Assembly: GCA_035498715.1 (NCBI GenBank)
Contig: DATJZV010000158.1
Span: 34,239-98,238 of the forward strand
Origin: Nitrospirota bacterium
GTDB lineage: Bacteria > Nitrospirota > UBA9217
Direction of reading: 5' to 3'
DNA length: 64,000 nt
Position 1 is the stretch's first letter. Each line of letters starts with the position of its first letter. Below the pieces are notes generated by a model. It was not told the origin of the DNA, ran no database searches, and saw nothing but the letters and a program-made list of their open reading frames with translations. The translations under genes were made by a program, and so were the position numbers. Positions 28,347-38,189 of this stretch are shown in pieces.

Positions 28347-29681
28347 ATGAAGCTTACAAGGTACACACTTCTTATTATACTGACGGTGGTTTGTCAGTTC
28401 TCCCAAAAAGCATCAGCCGCCGAGCTGATCGGCAAGCGCATCTCGCTCGAAAACGGCATGGTCCTGTTACTCTCTGAGAAGCATGACATCCCAATGGTCA
28501 TGGTGAACATGGCGATCAAGGCAGGGAGCACAGCGGAACCCGAGGACAAGCCCGGCATTGCATCGATCACTGCGTCGCTGCTCATGCAGGGTACATCAAA
28601 AAGGCCGGCCGGCAGGATCAACAGCGAGATCGACTTCATCGGTGGGTCGCTCTCCGTATCCGGGGGAAACGACTTCGCCTCGGCAAGCCTGCGGGTTCTC
28701 AAGAAAGACTTACGAACGGGCCTTGACCTGCTCTCCGATGTCCTCATGAACCCCGTTTTCGACCAGAAAGAGATCGACCGCAAGGTCAAGGAAATCCTTG
28801 CTGAGATCCAGCGGCAAAAAGAAGATCCGGACAATGTTGCTGGTGAGGCATTCACGAAAGCGGTGTACGGCAGACATGCGTATGGGAGGACGAGCGACGA
28901 CGTGGCTGCCTATCTGCCAAAGCTTACGCGGCAGGACGTCGTAAATTTCTATTCGGAGCGTTACAGCCCGAACAGCATTATCATTGCCGTTGTCGGGGAC
29001 GTGAACGAAAAAGAAATAATTGGTCTTCTCCAGGAATACTTCAAGGGATGGAAGCGGAGCGATCAGCCTCTTCCTGCTTCCATTCCGCCGTTGGTGATAG
29101 AGAAAACCGTTGTACGGAAGATCGACAAGAACATTACCCAAGCGAATATCGAATTAGGCAATATCGGTATCAGCAGGGAAAACCCCGATTATTACGCCGT
29201 GATTGTCATGAACTACATACTCGGCGGAGGTGGTTTTTCTTCCCGGCTTATGGATAATATCCGGGACAACAAAGGGTTGGCATATGACGTGCATAGCGTA
29301 TTTTCGGCGCAGAAAGAATCGGGAGCATTCTCGGTCAGCATCCGGACGAAGAACGAGTCCGCGAACGAAGTGATTGCCGAGACGCTGAAGGAAATCCGGA
29401 AGATACAGGCGGAGCCTGTATCCGATAAGGAACTTGCCGATGCCAAGGCATACTTAACGGGAAGTTTTCCATTGAAGATGGACACATCCGCGAAGATCGC
29501 CGGGATGCTGACGTTCATCGAGATCTATAACCTCGGTCTCGATTATCCCCAGAAGTATTCTGCGATGATAAACGCCGTGACCAGAGAGGATATCAAACGG
29601 GTAGCGCAGAAGTACCTTCATCCCGACAGTTTGGTTATCGTGGTAGTTGCAAACCTGGAAAAGGCGAAGTTGAACTATTGA
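28347..29681 (+). CDS. secreted M16B peptidase-like subunit lacking HxxEH (non-catalytic partner)
   Basis: M16 fold with a signal peptide (LLIILTVVCQFSQKASA) but no HxxEH motif. Adjacent to the active subunit, as in heterodimeric M16B pairs. Confidence 0.8.
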   Translation: MKLTRYTLLIILTVVCQFSQKASAAELIGKRISLENGMVLLLSEKHDIPMVMVNMAIKAGSTAEPEDKPGIASITASLLMQGTSKRPAGRINSEIDFIGGSLSVSGGNDFASASLRVLKKDLRTGLDLLSDVLMNPVFDQKEIDRKVKEILAEIQRQKEDPDNVAGEAFTKAVYGRHAYGRTSDDVAAYLPKLTRQDVVNFYSERYSPNSIIIAVVGDVNEKEIIGLLQEYFKGWKRSDQPLPASIPPLVIEKTVVRKIDKNITQANIELGNIGISRENPDYYAVIVMNYILGGGGFSSRLMDNIRDNKGLAYDVHSVFSAQKESGAFSVSIRTKNESANEVIAETLKEIRKIQAEPVSDKELADAKAYLTGSFPLKMDTSAKIAGMLTFIEIYNLGLDYPQKYSAMINAVTREDIKRVAQKYLHPDSLVIVVVANLEKAKLNY

Positions 29682-30141
29682 GCGGCTGATGCCATGGACG
29701 AGTAAACTACAGCCAGGGCGGACAGGAACATACTACTCGGGCCGGGAATGACCGAGATAATACCCATCAGTTCACTGTTCCCGTACGTGGACGGGCAAAA
29801 GTTGAGTTCTATCAAAACGGCGCATCTCGACCAGAGCTGATCTCATGGAAAGGCTGCAATTCCGGAAAAACGGATCGGGCGCTGACCAAGTGGCAGGAGA
29901 TCGAGATGCGCGGCGATATGCTCCGCTAATACGTGAACGACACGTATTACCGTTGGATAGAAAGCGAGTTCGATATGAAGGAAGAACTTCTCGACCTGAG
30001 GGTCTGAAAGAAGCAAACGCTCGCGTTTGATCGGCTCAAAGCAGTTGAACGCTGAAGAATGCGGGCCAACTGTATTCGCATCATGTCGTACAGGATCTAT
30101 GTTTTTCCGTCATGTGCGATCCCCGTTGAAACGGTGCTCGA

Positions 30142-31956
30142 ATGCCTGATAAAATCAATATACTCCCGGATCACGTTGTGAACAAGATAGCCGCGGGTGA
30201 AGTGGTCGATCGGCCTGCATCGGCGGTAAAGGAACTTGTTGAAAACTCGATCGATGCCGGCGCGTCTGAAATCTTCATCGACATCGAACAGGCAGGCAGG
30301 CGTCTGATCCGGATTACGGATAATGGGAGCGGAATGTCAAAGAAGGACGCGCAGACCGCCTTCCTACGACACGCCACGAGCAAGATAACTACGGACGCGG
30401 ACCTGGAGGCCATACGCACTATGGGTTTTCGAGGCGAGGCGCTTTCGAGCATTGCCGCCGTGTCGCAGGTTAGACTGGTCACCGCAGTAAAGGACATGTC
30501 CGCAGGTGTGCTGATCGAAATCAAGAGCGATGCTATAAAAGTCATTAGCGATACTGCAGCGCCACTAGGCACCTCCATCGAAATAAGCAACCTGTTCTAC
30601 AACACGCCGGCTCGGCTCAAATTCCTGAAGAGCGCAGCAACCGAATTCTCGCATATTGTTTCTGCCGTGTCCCGTCAGGCCATGGCCCATCCTGACATCA
30701 GCTTTCGGCTCACCCATAATAAAAAACCGGTAATCGACCTCCCGTCATCCATGAGTTTAAAGGAGCGGACATTCCAGCTCTATGGCAATGAAATTGCTGA
30801 TAACCTGATGGAATTCGAAGGGAATAGGGACGGAATAAGGATCCACGGCCTCATCGGCCGCCCTTCATACACAAGAGCAGATCGGACATATCAAGACTTC
30901 TATGTGAACCGCCGCGCAATAAAGAACCCGTCGCTCACGCACGCACTTTATAGCGCTTACCATGACATGCTCATGCGAGACCGGCACCCGGTGGGCTTTA
31001 TCTTTATCGATATCGATCCCGCTTTGGTAGATGTTAATGTTCATCCAGCCAAGACCGAAGTGCGGTTCCGCAATCAGTCACAGATACACGATCTTGTCCG
31101 GGATGTGATCAGGGAAGGACTGCGAACGCAGGGAATAAGTGCGGCTGACGCGACGGTGACGGCGTACGGGTCTCATGCTGTGGGGGTGAGAGAGGCCCTT
31201 GCGGATTATCTCAGGAATCAGACCATAAAAGAAGACGGGTCAAATGTGGTAAAATCCCCTCCCTTTTTTGGTCGCCGAAAGAACGATGTCGGAACGGCAC
31301 CTCTTTCGTATGACCATGACTCTTCTGTGCAGCGAGAGAGCCATGCTGAGCCACAAACCCGGCCATCCGGCAGCCCTGAACATTACATGTATCCACTCGC
31401 CCAGGTCCATGATTCCTTCATCATTGCCCAATCAGAAGAAGGAATGGCGATCATCGACCAACATGCGGCGCATGAGCGTGTGTTGTTCGAGAAACTCCAG
31501 GATCAGTTCGATAACAAAAATATTCCTGTCCAAACCCTGCTCATGCCGGACCAGGTGGAGCTCGGTCCGGCTCAGAGCAGCCTGCTCTCAGAGTATTTAC
31601 CCGAGCTCAACCAGCTCGGGTTCGCTGTAGAAGAATTCGGCGGCGGGACGTTCATGATCAAAGCCGTGCCGTCACTTCTCGTGGGCGCGGATTACCGGAA
31701 ACTTGTGCTCGATGTTCTCGATGAAGTAACTGTCTTTGGAGAGAGCAGGAAGATGGACGAGCTTCGGGACAAGGTCCTGAGCGTGATGGCCTGTCATCCC
31801 GCAATTAAAATCCATCGGCATCTTGAGCAGAAGGAGATGGAGATACTGATCAGCGAACTTTTCCGGTGTCGAATGCCGCACACCTGTCCGCACGGCAGGC
31901 CGACAATCATCCGTCTTCCCCTGAGCGATATAAGGAAAATGTTCAAGAGGGTGTAG
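30142..31956 (+). CDS. mutL: DNA mismatch repair protein MutL
   Basis: GHKL ATPase N-terminus (NKIAAGEVVDRPASAVKELVENSIDAGA), C-terminal dimerisation domain. 604 aa. Confidence 0.9.
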   Translation: MPDKINILPDHVVNKIAAGEVVDRPASAVKELVENSIDAGASEIFIDIEQAGRRLIRITDNGSGMSKKDAQTAFLRHATSKITTDADLEAIRTMGFRGEALSSIAAVSQVRLVTAVKDMSAGVLIEIKSDAIKVISDTAAPLGTSIEISNLFYNTPARLKFLKSAATEFSHIVSAVSRQAMAHPDISFRLTHNKKPVIDLPSSMSLKERTFQLYGNEIADNLMEFEGNRDGIRIHGLIGRPSYTRADRTYQDFYVNRRAIKNPSLTHALYSAYHDMLMRDRHPVGFIFIDIDPALVDVNVHPAKTEVRFRNQSQIHDLVRDVIREGLRTQGISAADATVTAYGSHAVGVREALADYLRNQTIKEDGSNVVKSPPFFGRRKNDVGTAPLSYDHDSSVQRESHAEPQTRPSGSPEHYMYPLAQVHDSFIIAQSEEGMAIIDQHAAHERVLFEKLQDQFDNKNIPVQTLLMPDQVELGPAQSSLLSEYLPELNQLGFAVEEFGGGTFMIKAVPSLLVGADYRKLVLDVLDEVTVFGESRKMDELRDKVLSVMACHPAIKIHRHLEQKEMEILISELFRCRMPHTCPHGRPTIIRLPLSDIRKMFKRV

Positions 31957-32331
31957 GGGTTACGGCAGATGAAATGATATGCAACGCCTGCGGCATAAAA
32001 AAGTGAAGACTGCGATGGAGATCGTTGCTGATGCCCAATTGGCTGTCCTGCGAGATTTGATTTCGGTGCGGCAGGAGCTATCGTAACGAACAGTGCACCA
32101 GCTGCTACAAAAATGAAAAGGGGAGATGGTGCAAAGAGAGATGCCGCATGAAGCGCGCCATCGGTCCTTCACCGCTTGTAAAAAGTCACTGACGTCACGA
32201 AGTACAATAACGTTATCTCAAAAAGCCATCGGTGTTAATCTTCGCTACGACTGCCATGCCTGCATAATGCAGATTTGTCTCGACAGAAACAGATTATACT
32301 GATAAATCAGATACCAGCGTAAAGGGTCCAA

Positions 32332-33093
32332 ATGGAATGGCTCACAAGTCCTGAGGCATGGGTTGCATTAATTACCCTCACAGCTCTAGAGATCGTACTG
32401 GGCATCGACAATATAATTTTTATCTCGATCTTGGTTGGAAGATTGCCGCATAAGCAGCGGAACAAGGCCAGGATTCTCGGACTCGGACTGGCCATGATCA
32501 CCCGAATCATCCTGTTGCTTTCCATTACCTGGGTGATGAAGCTTACGTCGCCGCTATTTAAAGTCTTCAATCAGGAAGTATCAGGACGTGATATCATCCT
32601 GATACTCGGAGGGCTCTTCCTGTTATGGAAAAGTACCCGTGAGATCCACAATAGCCTTGAGGGCGAGGAAGCAGTGATTACGGCAAAGATAGCAGTTTCG
32701 TTCATTGGCGTACTGACCCAGATAGCACTGCTCGACATCATATTTTCCCTTGATTCGGTGATTACCGCCGTTGGATTGGTGAAGAACGTGGAGGTGATGA
32801 TCCTCGCAATCGTTGTTGCAATTGTCGTTATGATGTTCTCGTCAGGAGCCATAGGCGACTTTGTTGAAAAACACCCGACAATCAAGATGCTGGCACTCAG
32901 CTTCCTCGTGATGATTGGTGCCACTCTGATCGCAGAAGGATTCGAGTTCCATATTCCAAGAGGGTATATCTATTTCGCTATGGCTTTTTCTTTTACGGTA
33001 GAGATGCTAAACATGAGGGTGCGGAAAAAGGCGACGCGCCCTGTGAAGCTTCACAAAGTAGGCATCGAGAAAAGCAAAGTATCGAAAGAATGA
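32332..33093 (+). CDS. TerC family integral membrane protein (putative Mn/metal exporter family)
   Basis: 253 aa polytopic membrane protein with the TerC signature (LEIVLGIDNIIFISIL, repeated acidic intramembrane motifs). Confidence 0.85.
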   Translation: MEWLTSPEAWVALITLTALEIVLGIDNIIFISILVGRLPHKQRNKARILGLGLAMITRIILLLSITWVMKLTSPLFKVFNQEVSGRDIILILGGLFLLWKSTREIHNSLEGEEAVITAKIAVSFIGVLTQIALLDIIFSLDSVITAVGLVKNVEVMILAIVVAIVVMMFSSGAIGDFVEKHPTIKMLALSFLVMIGATLIAEGFEFHIPRGYIYFAMAFSFTVEMLNMRVRKKATRPVKLHKVGIEKSKVSKE

Positions 33094-33104
33094 TCTGCTA
33101 AACC

Positions 33105-34052
33105 ATGTCTAAAGACAAACCCATACTTATCATCGCCGGGCCCACTGCCGTGGGCAAGACCGATGCTTCAATCCTTCTGGCGCAGGAACTTTGCGCAGAG
33201 ATCGTGAGCGCCGACTCCATGCAGATCTATCGGGGTATGGACATCGGAACGGCCAAGCCCAACAAGGAGCAGCGTAGAATTGTATACCATCATATGATCG
33301 ACATAGTGGAGCCTCACCAGCCGTACAGCGTGGGCGACTATCTTAGAGATGCGCGGGCGGCGATCGACGGCATCAGCTCCTCCGGCGGGACTCCCATCGT
33401 TGTCGGTGGCACAGGGCTTTATATTCGTGCGCTCATGCGCGGGCTGTTCCACGGTCCTCCTGCGGACCTCGACTTGCGCGAACGCCTGCTCCAGCGGGAG
33501 GCTGAGGGCGAACCAGGGATTCTCTATGCCGACTTGGTGCGGGTCGATCCCGAGGCAGCGATTAAAATCCATCCGAACGATCTCCGGCGTACGGTCAGGG
33601 CACTTGAGGTATATCACCTCAAGGATAAAAAACTTTCAGAATTCCAGCGGGAACATTCGTTCCAGGACAGACCATACCGCTTCCGAATGCTCTTTCTTGT
33701 CAGGTCGCGAGCGGAGCTCTATCCCCGGATAGAGAAACGCATAGACCAGATGATCACCGACGGGCTTGAGGCCGAGGTGAAAGCCCTAATGGACCGGGGA
33801 TGCAGGCCCGAGCTTCCCTCGATGCAGGGGCTGGGTTACAAGCAGTTTATGGATTACCTTCTCGGCAAGACTTCGCGGGATGAGGCCGTTTCCCTTCTCA
33901 AGCGTGACACAAAGCGGTTTGCCAAACGCCAGTTCACGTGGTTCCGAAGGGAGCCAGAAGCTCAGTGGATGGACATCAGTGGGCTTGTCAGTACGAACGA
34001 GATCGTGGCGCGGATAAAGAAAAACATTGAAATTTCAAACAAGTTGGTATAA
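33105..34052 (+). CDS. miaA: tRNA dimethylallyltransferase
   Basis: P-loop GPTAVGKT. IPPT-family motifs throughout. hfq is immediately downstream, the classic miaA-hfq arrangement. Confidence 0.9.
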   Translation: MSKDKPILIIAGPTAVGKTDASILLAQELCAEIVSADSMQIYRGMDIGTAKPNKEQRRIVYHHMIDIVEPHQPYSVGDYLRDARAAIDGISSSGGTPIVVGGTGLYIRALMRGLFHGPPADLDLRERLLQREAEGEPGILYADLVRVDPEAAIKIHPNDLRRTVRALEVYHLKDKKLSEFQREHSFQDRPYRFRMLFLVRSRAELYPRIEKRIDQMITDGLEAEVKALMDRGCRPELPSMQGLGYKQFMDYLLGKTSRDEAVSLLKRDTKRFAKRQFTWFRREPEAQWMDISGLVSTNEIVARIKKNIEISNKLV

Positions 34053-34121
34053 GATAAAAAAATATTCTGGTGGAAGCAGCCGTTAAGAGCGTATCTCGCT
34101 TCATGCTTCGTGGAGGGATAG

Positions 34122-34388
34122 ATGGGCAAGTCGCAAGTGAACCTTCAGGATGTTTTTTTGAACCAGATGCGCAAGGAAAAGATTCCGGTGACGATGTACC
34201 TCGTGAACGGAGCGCGGCTTACAGGAACGATCAAGGGCTTCGACAACTTCGTTATTCTTATGAAGCAGGAGAATCAGCAACTCGTTTATAAGCACGCTAT
34301 CTCGACCATCATCCCCGAAAAACCTGTGGAACTCCTGGAGACCATGGAAAGCAAGAAAACAGAACAGGAGCAGGCGGCGCAAGGGTGA
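34122..34388 (+). CDS. hfq: RNA chaperone Hfq
   Basis: Sm1 and Sm2 motifs ([21 protein letters not shown]...YKHAISTI). 88 aa with a C-terminal tail. Confidence 0.9.
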   Translation: MGKSQVNLQDVFLNQMRKEKIPVTMYLVNGARLTGTIKGFDNFVILMKQENQQLVYKHAISTIIPEKPVELLETMESKKTEQEQAAQG

Positions 34389-34532
34389 GGTGATTACGGA
34401 TTTCTGAGTGCGGTATCCGGGGATCCGTGAAACGATGATTGAGAAGAGCGTGGAACCATCAGTTTCAGCGCCGTGTAATCTCTGTTGGTCTGCGAAAACT
34501 GCGTTCCCTGCAGTCTCAAGGAATTATCAAGA

Positions 34533-35429
34533 ATGGCAAAGCGGAGTGCAAAAGCGGAAAAAATTAACATCGGCGTTATCGGCGGCAGCGGCTTATACGA
34601 AATGGAAGGGCTGACCCAAGTGATCACCATGAAGGTCACGACGCCCTTCGGCAAACCCTCGGACGACTACATCATCGGCACGCTGCATGGCAAGCGCGTG
34701 GCGTTCCTGCCCCGGCATGGCCGCGGCCATCGTATTCTACCAACGGACATCAACTACCAGGCGAACATCTACGGCATGAAGAAGCTCGGCGTGGAGCGGA
34801 TCATCTCGGTGAGCGCAGTCGGCAGCATGAAGGAAGAGATTAAGCCCGGTGATATCGTGATCCCTGGCCAGTTCTATGATCACACCAGACAACGGCGGAG
34901 CACCTTCTTTGGTAACGGCATCGTAGCGCACGTGGGAATGGCCGATCCGGTGTGCATCTACCTCTCCGAGATTCTTGTGCAGTCAGGTATTGCCGTAGGG
35001 GCCACGGTGCACCGGGGCGGTACGTACCTGTGCATGGAGGGACCGCAGTTTTCGACACGCGCCGAGTCGCTAACCTATCGGAAGTGGGACGTCGACGTGA
35101 TCGGCATGACAAATGCCACCGAGGCCAAGCTCGCTCGCGAGGCCGAGATATGCTACAGCACCATTGCTCTGGCGACGGACTATGACTGCTGGCACCACAG
35201 CGAAGAGGCCGTGACCGTGGAAGCGGTGCTGGCGGTCATGAAGAAGAACATCGAAACATCCAAAGATATGATCCGTGAAGCTGTCCGGGTCCTGCCGGAG
35301 ACGAGATCGTGCGGATGCAGTGAGTCGCTCAGGAACACGATCATGACGCCCGAGAATCTGATCCCATTCAAGACGAAAAAGGATCTGATTCCCATTATCG
35401 GGAAGTACATGAAAGGCCGGAAGTCGTGA
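34533..35429 (+). CDS. mtnP: S-methyl-5-prime-thioadenosine phosphorylase (PNP/MTAP family)
   Basis: Motifs IGVIGGSG, PRHGRGH, VIGMT and TEAKLARE typical of MTAP/MtnP. Confidence 0.85.
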   Translation: MAKRSAKAEKINIGVIGGSGLYEMEGLTQVITMKVTTPFGKPSDDYIIGTLHGKRVAFLPRHGRGHRILPTDINYQANIYGMKKLGVERIISVSAVGSMKEEIKPGDIVIPGQFYDHTRQRRSTFFGNGIVAHVGMADPVCIYLSEILVQSGIAVGATVHRGGTYLCMEGPQFSTRAESLTYRKWDVDVIGMTNATEAKLAREAEICYSTIALATDYDCWHHSEEAVTVEAVLAVMKKNIETSKDMIREAVRVLPETRSCGCSESLRNTIMTPENLIPFKTKKDLIPIIGKYMKGRKS

Positions 35430-35527
35430 GGCGGCATCGTGAGTAAAAAAAACGATACAATAAAATAAAGCGTTCATCTCTTTTTCATTTTGCTTTTGAA
35501 TTATAAATTACAGGGAGGTTTTATTTA

Positions 35528-36436
35528 GTGAGTTTGCTTGTTGTCGGTACGGTCGCGCTTGATTCGGTCAGGACGCCTTTTGGAAATGTTGAGAATGCCC
35601 TCGGCGGTTCAGCAACCTATTTTTCCACCTCTGCCAGTTACTTCGCCGATGTCCGGCTTGTAGCTGTTATAGGTGAGGACTTCCCCAAAGAGCACATACA
35701 ATTTCTCAAGAGCAAAAACATCGACACGCGAGGCATAGAGGTCCAAAGGGGTGAAACCTTCCGATGGAAAGGCGAGTACGGGTATGACTTGAATGAGGCG
35801 CACACGCTGGCCACGCACCTGAATGTTCTTGCGACCTTCAAGCCGAATATCGTCAACGACTATAAGAACTCTGATGTCGTGTTCCTCGCGAATGTGGACC
35901 CTGATATCCAGCTCGAAGTGTTAAGGCAGGTCAAGAGGCCAAAACTCGTTGCTTGTGATACGATGAATTACTGGATATCGAGCAAACCCGAAGCGCTCAA
36001 ACGCATACTCAAGGAAGTGGACCTGCTCACTATTAACGAAGCAGAAATCAGGCAGCTTGCAGGAGAGGCGAGTCTGGTTAAAGCAGCGAAGAGCGTACAG
36101 GCCATGGGACCGAAGACGGTCGTGGTCAAACAGGGAAGCTATGGAGCGCTTATGTTCAATGGCCACAGCGTGTTCAACGCCCCTGCCTATCCGCTCGAAT
36201 CGGTGTTCGATCCTACGGGTGCTGGTGATACGTTCGCAGGCGGGTTCATGGGGTATCTGGCCAGCACCATGAACTTTACCGAAGAGAGCATGAGGAAGGC
36301 CGTTATCTTCGGCAGCGTCATGGCGTCCCTCAACGTAGAGGCATTCAGCCTTGATCGGCTCCGAAGCCTGGATTATAAAGAAATTGTGGGCAGGTACCGG
36401 GAGTTCAAGAGCATGACGCATTTTGAAGATATATAG
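35528..36436 (+). CDS. PfkB-family carbohydrate/nucleoside kinase (ribokinase-like)
   Basis: GTG start. N-terminal GG motif (ALGGSATY) and C-terminal DPTGAGDTFAGGF anion-hole motif of ribokinase-like kinases. Confidence 0.8.
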   Translation: MSLLVVGTVALDSVRTPFGNVENALGGSATYFSTSASYFADVRLVAVIGEDFPKEHIQFLKSKNIDTRGIEVQRGETFRWKGEYGYDLNEAHTLATHLNVLATFKPNIVNDYKNSDVVFLANVDPDIQLEVLRQVKRPKLVACDTMNYWISSKPEALKRILKEVDLLTINEAEIRQLAGEASLVKAAKSVQAMGPKTVVVKQGSYGALMFNGHSVFNAPAYPLESVFDPTGAGDTFAGGFMGYLASTMNFTEESMRKAVIFGSVMASLNVEAFSLDRLRSLDYKEIVGRYREFKSMTHFEDI

Positions 36437-36526
36437 AGTGAACTAACCTATATCAATTCTCAGCGTTCACGCTGTACAGTGGTCCCTTAAACAGGGGATT
36501 CTGAAATTTAAATTAAGGGAAGTACT

Positions 36527-37426
36527 ATGTTTACCGTCGATCCCACTATAACCGATCTCAAGGTCAAGGAAAAAAGCCTGCTGAAGGTGCTCTTTTCCAT
36601 GAACACGCACCAGGTGGCAACCCCGGAAATGAATCTTGAGGAGGCCCGAAGCTACGTCATTTTCTGCCGCGAGGGCGGCGGGAGGACCTCAGCATACATT
36701 GCTCTTCACCTCCTTGATACGAACCGAAGGCTTTTCTATCCGCATTCCTCCAATCCCTTTCCTGATGAGGATATGAATGCCGTTGATGAAGAGGCGCGTG
36801 GTTTTGCCGAAGGAATGGGAGCCATGCTCGATGAAATCGATCTCACGAGAATGTCCTCGGAAGAGAAGAACCATTGGATTGACGACCAGGCAATCTTCAA
36901 TCTCAACAAGCAGATTGAGGCCAAACCGGTGGAACGAACCGCAGGGCCGGCCACAGAGTCACTGGAGCAGGCAGCGGCACCTGTTGCCCGGACCCAAGAG
37001 GCTGCCGCCCCGTCTGCTCCTGTGGTCACGGTTTCTGATGTGCAACCAGCACCTGCTGTCCAGCCCCAGGAGACCGCTGCCCCGGCTTTTCCTGCATCCA
37101 CGACTTCTGTTGCACAATCTGCGTCGGCTGACCAGCCCCGGGAGGCCGCTGTTCCGGCTGCCCTTGTGAATACAATTCCTGCGCCTCCTGCACCGGAACC
37201 TCCTCCGCCGTCGGTGCAGCCAAGGCCTCCGGAGAGACCGGCCAGCGCACCGACGAAGACGGCTCAGAAGGTTTCCGCGAAGCGGCCGGAAGACGTCATT
37301 CAACGGGCCATCAGGGCTGGCGTGGTAAAAGGGCCTAAACCGCAGCAGAATAAGGAGATCCGCAGCACTAACGGCATTGTGAGCAGAGATAAGGAAGCGC
37401 TCGCACGTCTTCTGTCATCATTTTGA
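36527..37426 (+). CDS. hypothetical protein: N-terminal globular domain (about 130 aa), long Pro/Ala/Gln-rich linker and a short basic C-terminus
   Basis: 299 aa ORF. The 3-prime two-thirds is low complexity (PAP, APA, PPPS repeats). No known domain recognised. Confidence 0.5.
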   Translation: MFTVDPTITDLKVKEKSLLKVLFSMNTHQVATPEMNLEEARSYVIFCREGGGRTSAYIALHLLDTNRRLFYPHSSNPFPDEDMNAVDEEARGFAEGMGAMLDEIDLTRMSSEEKNHWIDDQAIFNLNKQIEAKPVERTAGPATESLEQAAAPVARTQEAAAPSAPVVTVSDVQPAPAVQPQETAAPAFPASTTSVAQSASADQPREAAVPAALVNTIPAPPAPEPPPPSVQPRPPERPASAPTKTAQKVSAKRPEDVIQRAIRAGVVKGPKPQQNKEIRSTNGIVSRDKEALARLLSSF

Positions 37427-37442
37427 AAGGGGTGTCTTCCAT

Positions 37443-38189
37443 ATGAAAACGTTCGTGATTGCGCTACTTCTGGCGCTCGTAGGATGCGTCACAACCGGAG
37501 GAGCACCACCGGTTAACAATAAGAAGATGGCCGAAGGGTATTTTCAGAAGGGAGTAGCTCATTTTCAGGAAAAAAATTACGAGCTTGCATCAGTCGAATT
37601 CAATCGTGCCATTCAGACCGATAGCTCCTACAAATTGCCTTATTATTACCTTGGAGTCCTGAACGATACCCAGGGGAAATTGGATGAGGCGATAAAATAC
37701 TATAAAGAAGCGATCAGCCTTGATCCTGAGTTTTCCGAGGCGTACAACGGCCTTGGGGTCGTTTATGTAAAGCAGGAAAAATGGCAAGAAGCACTTAAGT
37801 CCTTTAATAAAGCTCTTGAAAACAAGCTCTATACTACTCCACATATCCCATACCTCAATATGGGTGATATGTACATGACGCAAAAAAAATATGAGAAAGC
37901 CGTGGAGGCATACCGTGAGTCTAAGAGGTACGCTAACCTAGAATTGACCAATTACAAGCTTGGCACGGCATTGTTTGAGGCAGGACAGATCAAAGAATCT
38001 ATCAAGGAATTCCAAGAAGGGGTAGGGATTGCGCCCCAGAATGCATACTTACGATACAGTCTGGCAGTTGCACTTTTGAAGGACGGCAATAAGAAGTCGG
38101 CGATTGTGGAGTTCAAAAAAGTGACGGAACTTGCTCCCGGAAGTGACCTCGCCCAGAAGGCAAACGACTATATCAAGACGCTGAGGTGA
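37443..38189 (+). CDS. TPR-repeat lipoprotein
   Basis: Lipobox LALVGC. At least five TPR-like 34-residue repeats (AxxYxxLGxxxxxxGxxxEAxxxYxxAL). Confidence 0.75.
   Translation: MKTFVIALLLALVGCVTTGGAPPVNNKKMAEGYFQKGVAHFQEKNYELASVEFNRAIQTDSSYKLPYYYLGVLNDTQGKLDEAIKYYKEAISLDPEFSEAYNGLGVVYVKQEKWQEALKSFNKALENKLYTTPHIPYLNMGDMYMTQKKYEKAVEAYRESKRYANLELTNYKLGTALFEAGQIKESIKEFQEGVGIAPQNAYLRYSLAVALLKDGNKKSAIVEFKKVTELAPGSDLAQKANDYIKTLR

Noticed and set aside
29845-30030. 61-codon ORF in the gap before mutL
   Set aside because: Low-complexity Arg/Gly-rich translation with no RBS. It is more likely non-coding sequence.
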